Assembly (NCBI GenBank): GCA_965223335.1
Contig: OZ244991.1
Coordinates: 1,641,856 to 1,705,855, forward strand
Direction: 5' to 3'
DNA: 64,000 nt
DNA from: Thermodesulfobacteriota bacterium
Lineage (GTDB): Bacteria; Desulfobacterota_D; UBA1144; Nemesobacterales; UBA2774
The notes beneath the pieces were generated by a model. That model was not told the origin of the DNA and ran no database searches. It worked only from the letters and a program-made list of their open reading frames with translations. The position numbers were made by a program, and so were the translations under genes. The number at the start of each line of letters is the position of its first letter. Positions within the stretch are counted from its first letter, which is position 1. Positions 58,572 through 64,000 of this stretch are shown here, piece after piece.

Positions 58572-58649
58572 CGGGGTGTAGCTCAGATTGGCTAGAGCGT
58601 TGCGTTCGGGACGCAGAGGCCGCCGGTTCAAGTCCGGCCACCCCGACCA
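58572..58649 (+). tRNA. tRNA-Pro (anticodon CGG)
   Basis: Cloverleaf folded by hand: acceptor CGGGGTG/CACCCCG, D-arm GCTC/GAGC, anticodon stem TTGCG/CGCAG with loop TTCGGGA, T-arm GCCGG-TTCAAGT-CCGGC, discriminator A and an encoded CCA. Confidence 0.85.
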
Positions 58650-58773
58650 TTCAATTAAAAGACCGCCTATTTTATTCACTGCTTTATTAAATACCCCAAA
58701 AATCCAGGTGACATTTATTCACTTATTATTTACTCTTAATAATTAGATGTAACTAAGTGGTGGGGAGGGGTAA

Positions 58774-59601
58774 ATGAAGAATCGGTTGATTGGTGTTGGA
58801 TTGGTTTTACTCTCTTTAACAGTTTTTTCCCTATTTTTTAAACTTACATACTTACATGCCGAGCCTAGTGCGGATGTTCAAAAACAAGCAGGTCCGTCTA
58901 CGGTTGCGGCAATAGATCCTGAGGCCGATGAGTTGCTCCGTGCGATGAGTGCCACACTCGAGGCGGCAAAGACATTCTCCGTAAAGACTCATGTGAATTT
59001 CGACGATGTCCTTAAATCGGGGCAAAAGATACAGTACGGCGGAGACATCGAGATAAAACTCAAGCGGCCCAACAAGATTGTCGGGTACTTCGACGGCGAC
59101 CTGGTAGAGAGGAGTGTATGGCTCGATAATGGGACCCTCACGATCTTGAACATGGATAAAGATTTCTACGGCGAGCTCAAAGTCCCACCGACTATAGACG
59201 AGACTGTGGACTTTATGTTGGACAACTACGATTTTACACTGCCTCTGGCCGACATCGTTTACAGCAGTCCATACAAATCGGTTAGCGCAGACATACAAAC
59301 CGGGGTTGTTGTAGGTGTGGGCAGGGTAGAGGGCAAAGACTGTGTCCACCTAGCCTTCACTCAGGAGTTTATAGACTGGCAGATCTGGATCGATGAGAGC
59401 AACCGGCACCTGCCCTGTAAGCTAGTAATCAATTACAAAACTCAAGAGGGCGAGCCCCAGTACAGTGCCGAGTTCTCGGACTGGAAGCTCGACCAGAAGA
59501 TGAGCGATAAAGAGTTTAAGCCAAATATTCCGAAAGAGGCGCTAAAGATTGAGTTCATTAAGATGGATAGTGCAGGGGAGAGTGAAAATGATAAAAAATA
59601 G
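58774..59601 (+). CDS. LolA-like periplasmic protein (DUF2092-like)
   Basis: Signal peptide and a beta-rich sequence of about 250 aa resembling LolA/DUF2092 outer-membrane lipoprotein-sorting-like proteins. Assignment is by resemblance only. Confidence 0.45.
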   Translation: MKNRLIGVGLVLLSLTVFSLFFKLTYLHAEPSADVQKQAGPSTVAAIDPEADELLRAMSATLEAAKTFSVKTHVNFDDVLKSGQKIQYGGDIEIKLKRPNKIVGYFDGDLVERSVWLDNGTLTILNMDKDFYGELKVPPTIDETVDFMLDNYDFTLPLADIVYSSPYKSVSADIQTGVVVGVGRVEGKDCVHLAFTQEFIDWQIWIDESNRHLPCKLVINYKTQEGEPQYSAEFSDWKLDQKMSDKEFKPNIPKEALKIEFIKMDSAGESENDKK

Positions 59602-60604
59602 TAATAAAAAACGTTTGTTTATCCTCGCATTCTTAATCCTATCGGCAGGAGTGTTCCTTGCTGTAGATACTTTTGCCCGCGGCAGAGGTGGCAGAGGCGG
59701 TGGAAGGGGTGGAGGCCGTAGTATGAGCCACCACCATGGGGGCGGTTCGCATTACAGGGGTGCAGCGTCGGGTAACCATGGCTACGGGAGCATCAGGGGT
59801 TCTGGCAGAGCTCATCAGTCTCACCAGCGCAACCGCGCTCAAACCGGCACAATGAATCGGGGCAACAGAGTAAACACTGTCCAGAGTCGCGATCGAAGCA
59901 ATGTCGGAACACAAAGAGGTAATGCAGGAAACAGGCAAAACCGCGATATACAGAACCGTAACCCCGAAAACCGTCCCGGCGACAGACAACCGGACCGCGA
60001 CGCTATATCCGATCGCCAGGGCCAACGCCAAGATGCCCGTTACGACCGCCAGGGCCAGCGCCAAGACGCTGCACAGGATATGCAACGCAGGCGTATCAAC
60101 CATTGGGACAATTATCACTACAACCGTTACTACGGCGGCTACTATAATTCGTGGTACGGATACTATTCCGGGTGGGGTGCATTCGCTGCGGGGCTTTTTA
60201 TAGGGGCAGCAATTGCCAGTATCCCCTCCAATTCCTCAACGGTCTATGTGGAGGGCGACACATTCTATTATTCTGACGGTGTCTACTATGTAGAGGACCA
60301 ATCCCAGTATGTGGTCGTGCCCCCACCTGTAGGTGCTGTTGTGGTGTCTCTCCCGGCTTCGTGTGAATCTATAAGTGCCGATGGAGGCCAGTTTTACAAC
60401 TGTGGCGGGGCTTATTACCAGCAGGTTAGCAAGGGCTATAAAGTTGTAGACCCCCCGATTGGTGCAGTTGTGACGACACTTCCCGACGGGGCTCAAAAAA
60501 CCGATGTCGGGGGCAACACCTATTTCCTTTTTGCAGGCGCGTATTATCAGCCGTTTAATAGCGGCAACTCTGTAATCTACAAAATCGTGCCCGCACCTGC
60601 ATAA
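59588..60604 (+). CDS. R/G/Q/N-rich low-complexity protein with one TM segment and a duplicated C-terminal Y..VV.PP.GAVV..LP...GAYYQ repeat domain
   Basis: Start at MIKNSNKK, overlapping the upstream stop by 14 nt. Signal/TM segment, then about 170 aa of RGG/DRQGQRQDA low complexity, a Tyr-rich patch, a TM-like segment (GAFAAGLFIGAAIASI) and two clear tandem repeats. Confidence 0.5.
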   Translation: MIKNSNKKRLFILAFLILSAGVFLAVDTFARGRGGRGGGRGGGRSMSHHHGGGSHYRGAASGNHGYGSIRGSGRAHQSHQRNRAQTGTMNRGNRVNTVQSRDRSNVGTQRGNAGNRQNRDIQNRNPENRPGDRQPDRDAISDRQGQRQDARYDRQGQRQDAAQDMQRRRINHWDNYHYNRYYGGYYNSWYGYYSGWGAFAAGLFIGAAIASIPSNSSTVYVEGDTFYYSDGVYYVEDQSQYVVVPPPVGAVVVSLPASCESISADGGQFYNCGGAYYQQVSKGYKVVDPPIGAVVTTLPDGAQKTDVGGNTYFLFAGAYYQPFNSGNSVIYKIVPAPA

Positions 60605-60671
60605 AATAAGTATTAATTAGAATTTGAGCTTAGGGGATTCTTTAAGTTGGTATAACCCAAATTCAGACCAT

Positions 60672-60700
60672 AAAAAAGGGGAGCAAAAGCTCCCCTTTGT
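60672..60700. terminator. Bidirectional rho-independent terminator
   Basis: AAAAAA-GGGGAGC-AAAA-GCTCCCC-TTTG: a 7-bp GC stem flanked by an A-run and a T-run. It serves the convergent genes at 59588..60604 (+) and 60739..60975 (-). Confidence 0.7.
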
Positions 60701-60738
60701 AGTAAGTATTAAATCAGTTTTAAAATTTTGATGCAGTA

Positions 60739-60975
60739 TTATTGTGCTGCATCGTCCTCCATCTCACCGCCTGGCATTTCATCTTCGGCTGTGTCCGCAT
60801 CAGCAGTATTCTCTTCGACAGCTTCTTCTTCATCACCCGCAGCTTCATTTTCCATCTCACTTCCGGGCTCGGCCTGTTCCTCAGCTTGGACCGTAGCGGT
60901 TCCAAACACATAAGCACTACCAAATGCTAAACCTACTGCCAACATCAATACAAAAAGAAAATTTACAATCCTCAT
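60739..60975 (-). CDS. Small secreted highly acidic protein (78 aa)
   Basis: Signal peptide MRIVNFLFVLMLAVGLAFGSA, then a mature part that is about 50% Asp/Glu plus Ala. Confidence 0.45.
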   Translation of the reverse strand: MRIVNFLFVLMLAVGLAFGSAYVFGTATVQAEEQAEPGSEMENEAAGDEEEAVEENTADADTAEDEMPGGEMEDDAAQ

Positions 60976-61208
60976 GATATCAACTCTCCCTTCTTAATGT
61001 ATTTGACTGTACTTAGATAAAGCCAGTCAGGATATATTAAAATGCAATCTGAAGACCATATATGCTATGTTGCAAATAATGATGTAATTAAAGCATGTTA
61101 CGTTGCTACGTACAAATATTTAAGACATTTTTACTGTAATACTGTGTTAAACAACACATTTACAATTGTGTGATTTCACCCAATTGGTCCGTGTAAATGC
61201 AGGTCGGG

Positions 61209-62342
61209 TTACATGCGAAAGTGCTTCAACGCCACCCTCATTTTCGATACCGAGAGTCTACGGAGTGCCTTTTTCTCAATCTGGCGTATTCTCTCTCTGG
61301 TCAGGTTGTATCTCTTTCCGATGTCGTCCAGGGTCTCGATCTGTATGCCGTCTAATCCAAACCTCAAGCGCAGTATCTCCTCTTCCTTGGCACTAAGGAG
61401 CGATAGCGAGCTCCTAATACTGTCTCGCAACTCTTCGTCCAAAGTCATCTGATCGGGTTTAATGGCTTTTTCGTCTGCAATATGGTCATAGAAACTGGAT
61501 TTATCCTCGTCAATTGGAGTGTCGAGGCTAAGGGGACTGTGGGTAAGGTTGAGTATTCTGTTTACGTATTTTAGTGGCACACCCGAGTGCTCCGAGATCT
61601 CTTCGGGACTCGGTTTTTTGTGAGTTCTGTTCGTCAGTATTGCATTTGATTTATACACTCGGCTCGTTACTTCCAATAGGTATACCGGGACCCTAAGCGC
61701 CCCTTTTTGAACCAGTATGGCACGGGTGATCGACTGGTATATCCACCACGAGGCATAGGTCGAGAACCGATAGCCTTTTTTGTAGTCGTACCTCTCGATG
61801 GACTTCATAAGTCCTATATTGCCCTCTTGAATGAGGTCCAGGAAATGCAGCCCCTGATTCACATATCGCTTGGCAATGCTTATGACCAGTCTAAGGTTGG
61901 CCCTGGCAAATCTCTTTTTCAGCTCATTTGCTTTTTCGGTGTGCGCCCTGTGTTTTGCTTCGAGCTTAAGAAGTATCATCTGTTTTTTTGGGCTCAGCTT
62001 CCGCTTGCTCTGCTTTAGCTCATCTATCTTTTGCTCGATGAGTGCGGCGCGGTCGGTACACTTACTAATTTTTGCGGGTATCTCGATCTCTTGGCGTAGT
62101 GTGAGTAACGGTTCTTTGGAAATATCGTTAAAATACGAGTTTATGATTCGGTACTGTTCGTCCGAGGTCGAAAGCCTGTCCTCTGATTCGCGATCTGAAG
62201 ACCCGTTATTGTTTCCATTTTGACCTAGCGCATTTTGCTCAGCTTTGTCTTCTTCAAAATCACTTAACTCGGGTGCTTTATTATATACATCCAGGATATC
62301 GCTAGAGCCGTTCGTAGTAACTTCGGTTTGATCCATCTTCAT
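61209..62342 (-). CDS. Sigma-70 family RNA polymerase sigma factor, group 1/2-like (regions 1.2, 2, 3, 4)
   Basis: ANLRLVISIAKRY (region 2.1/2.2), IQEGNIGLMKSIERYD..YRFSTYASWWI (2.3/2.4) and a region 4.2 HTH (ETLDDIGKRYNLTRERIRQIEKKALRRL). 377 aa with an acidic N-terminus. Confidence 0.8.
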   Translation of the reverse strand: MKMDQTEVTTNGSSDILDVYNKAPELSDFEEDKAEQNALGQNGNNNGSSDRESEDRLSTSDEQYRIINSYFNDISKEPLLTLRQEIEIPAKISKCTDRAALIEQKIDELKQSKRKLSPKKQMILLKLEAKHRAHTEKANELKKRFARANLRLVISIAKRYVNQGLHFLDLIQEGNIGLMKSIERYDYKKGYRFSTYASWWIYQSITRAILVQKGALRVPVYLLEVTSRVYKSNAILTNRTHKKPSPEEISEHSGVPLKYVNRILNLTHSPLSLDTPIDEDKSSFYDHIADEKAIKPDQMTLDEELRDSIRSSLSLLSAKEEEILRLRFGLDGIQIETLDDIGKRYNLTRERIRQIEKKALRRLSVSKMRVALKHFRM

Positions 62343-62693
62343 AATTCATCCTCCAATATTAAGTTACTATTTGATATACTCGTCGATCTAAAATCCAAGA
62401 GCACTGTGCTGACTAACTCTTATCTATGGATATATATGGGCAACGTTTATGCCATTTAGAGCATAAAAATTATTTCCAATAAATTCAGTGCATTGCATCC
62501 ACATGGTGCTAAATTCATTAAATTTAGAGGTTTTTATGTGCGATATCACACTAGTAAGATGTGTTATATCGGCTAATTTATCTTGTGTATTCGAGTATTA
62601 TTTGAATCGAGACTGTAAATCTTTAATCTAAAAGCAACCTAGAGGCGTAGTGAGCTTGATATTTGCACTAATCAGCCTGTAAACTCAATCACA

Positions 62694-64000
62694 ATGGGAG
62701 AAGAACTACTTCAAATCCTCGATGCGCTTGAAAAACCAATGGTTTTTGCGAGCAAGAACAACTACTCCAACATCGATAAAGTCAAGAACCTGGACCACCT
62801 AGTATCGGACCTGGTCATTAAAGCTCTGTCACTTATAACCTCCAATGACATTGGCCCGCTGCTTAGGTCTCTTCAAACCTCGTTCCAAGGCTATAACGAC
62901 CTCGATTCGGAACAAAAAGAGGCTCGGTTAAAACAGGCGCTATCTGTTTTAGACAGCATCAGGGTCGAATTGCACTCAGACAACAAAACAGCCAACACGG
63001 ATCATGACAATGTTAAGGGTGTAAAAGCCGAACACGAAGCTACAGATGAGCGGAATAAAGCTCAGAAGAAGCCCGCCGTGGAGTCGGACGACCCCTCAAC
63101 CCTATCTATACAGTACATAAAAGGGGTCGGGCCCAAGATCTCTTCATTACTGGCCAAGCGCGGGATTGAGACGGTTGAGGACGCCCTCTTTTACTTTCCT
63201 AGGGCATATGACGACCGCAGGGATATTAAAAAAATCTCAGAACTCCGTCCCGATACCAGGGCGACTGTCATGGGCGAGATAAAACTGTCGAGCCGTGTGA
63301 AACTCAAAACTCGCTCGATCTATAAAGTCGTGATTTCGGATGGCACAGGCATATTGTCGCTTGTATGGTTTAAGTTCAACGACAAGTACATGAGGGCGAC
63401 TTTCTCTAAGGGGCAAGAGATCATACTAAATGGCGATGTAGCTCTGGGATATCGTGGCGAGCTCCAGATAATCCACCCCAAGCCCGAGGACATTGAGATA
63501 TTCGATAAGGGCGATATTAATTTCGACGATCAGCTAAACTGCAACCGCATTGTGCCGATCTACCCTCTTACCGAGGGGATTAAGCAGAGGCGCATGCGAA
63601 CTATAATAAAGACCGTTTTGGATACATATGCCGGTGCACTTGCGGAGTTCATGCCGGGGGATATCATAGACAAACGCTCTCTTACAAGCTTAAACAATGC
63701 TGTTTCATTCGTGCATTTTCCACCCGACGATTCCAGTGTAGTAGACCTTTCAGATGCCGGTTCCGTTTATGATTCCCCACCTCACAAAACACTTTGTTTC
63801 AACGAGCTTTTTTTAATTGAAGTAGGGCTTGCATTAAAAAAAAGGGATGTAACCAATATGCCGGGTATAGCCATGACGCCCACAGGGCAGTTGACCGAGA
63901 GGCTCTTGGAAACCCTTCCGTTTGAACTCACCCCGGCCCAATCCAGAGTTATTGCGGAGATCAAGGAAGATATCGAGTTCGATCGACCTATGAACCGTCT
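62694..64000 (+). CDS. recG: ATP-dependent DNA helicase RecG, 3'-truncated by the window edge
   Basis: I translated this open frame by hand from the ATG at 62694 to the window end. It is absent from the track because it has no stop. It shows the RecG N-terminal wedge domain (IQYIKGVGPK..LFYFPRAYDDR) and the start of the helicase domain (FELTPAQ). Confidence 0.8.
   Translation, partial: MGEELLQILDALEKPMVFASKNNYSNIDKVKNLDHLVSDLVIKALSLITSNDIGPLLRSLQTSFQGYNDLDSEQKEARLKQALSVLDSIRVELHSDNKTANTDHDNVKGVKAEHEATDERNKAQKKPAVESDDPSTLSIQYIKGVGPKISSLLAKRGIETVEDALFYFPRAYDDRRDIKKISELRPDTRATVMGEIKLSSRVKLKTRSIYKVVISDGTGILSLVWFKFNDKYMRATFSKGQEIILNGDVALGYRGELQIIHPKPEDIEIFDKGDINFDDQLNCNRIVPIYPLTEGIKQRRMRTIIKTVLDTYAGALAEFMPGDIIDKRSLTSLNNAVSFVHFPPDDSSVVDLSDAGSVYDSPPHKTLCFNELFLIEVGLALKKRDVTNMPGIAMTPTGQLTERLLETLPFELTPAQSRVIAEIKEDIEFDRPMNR

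Noticed and set aside
59639-60118. 159-aa minus-strand ORF and other alternative-frame ORFs over the RGG-repeat gene
   Set aside because: They are a product of the GC- and repeat-rich low-complexity DNA. The plus-strand frame gives a coherent signal-peptide protein ending at a proper terminator.
1-64000. Search for CRISPR arrays, IS elements, integrases or prophage genes
   Set aside because: I saw no regularly spaced direct repeats with unique spacers. No transposase, integrase or phage structural ORF is recognisable. The repeated elements present are promoter motifs and coding tandem repeats.

Overview
This window is a 64 kb chromosomal segment, roughly 48% GC, from a diderm (Gram-negative) bacterium with aerobic respiration. 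Reading left to right, the main content is as follows. (1) The cell-shape operon mreB (truncated at the 5' end), mreC, mreD, mrdA (PBP2) and rodA, with a convergent DmpA/P1-family peptidase. (2) A complete caa3-type heme-copper oxidase operon: sco-coxB-coxA-coxC-coxD-ctaA-ctaB. (3) Oligoendopeptidase F and the DUF3179 and DUF547 proteins. (4) An accessory-looking block at about 16.8-29.4 kb of secreted or surface proteins: a proline-repeat protein, a TPR beta-barrel outer-membrane protein, a choice-of-anchor-Q beta-helix protein, a Cys-rich exoprotein, a CARDB-like protein, a 1010-aa M6-like zinc metalloprotease and a subtilase, ending in an ECF sigma factor with a zinc-finger anti-sigma partner. 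The ECF and anti-sigma genes and four other transcription units in the block are each preceded by the same motif, tTGAACC-N15-GTTACtnAC. I read this as an uncharacterised ECF-sigma regulon controlling a battery of secreted proteases and exoproteins. (5) Housekeeping genes: hisD, hisC, lnt, lgt, a DsbA-like lipoprotein, an HNH nuclease, a TolB paralogue, thpR, msrB, a GST/nitroreductase/SDR redox cluster, an MFS transporter, an AsmA-family giant protein, mscL, aat, a Lon-like AAA+ protease, tRNA-Pro(CGG), a LolA-like protein plus an unusual R/G/Q-rich repeat protein, a sigma-70 family factor, and the 5' part of recG. I found no CRISPR array, transposase or integrase. Nearly all the other ORFs in the six-frame track are antisense or off-frame shadows of these genes.
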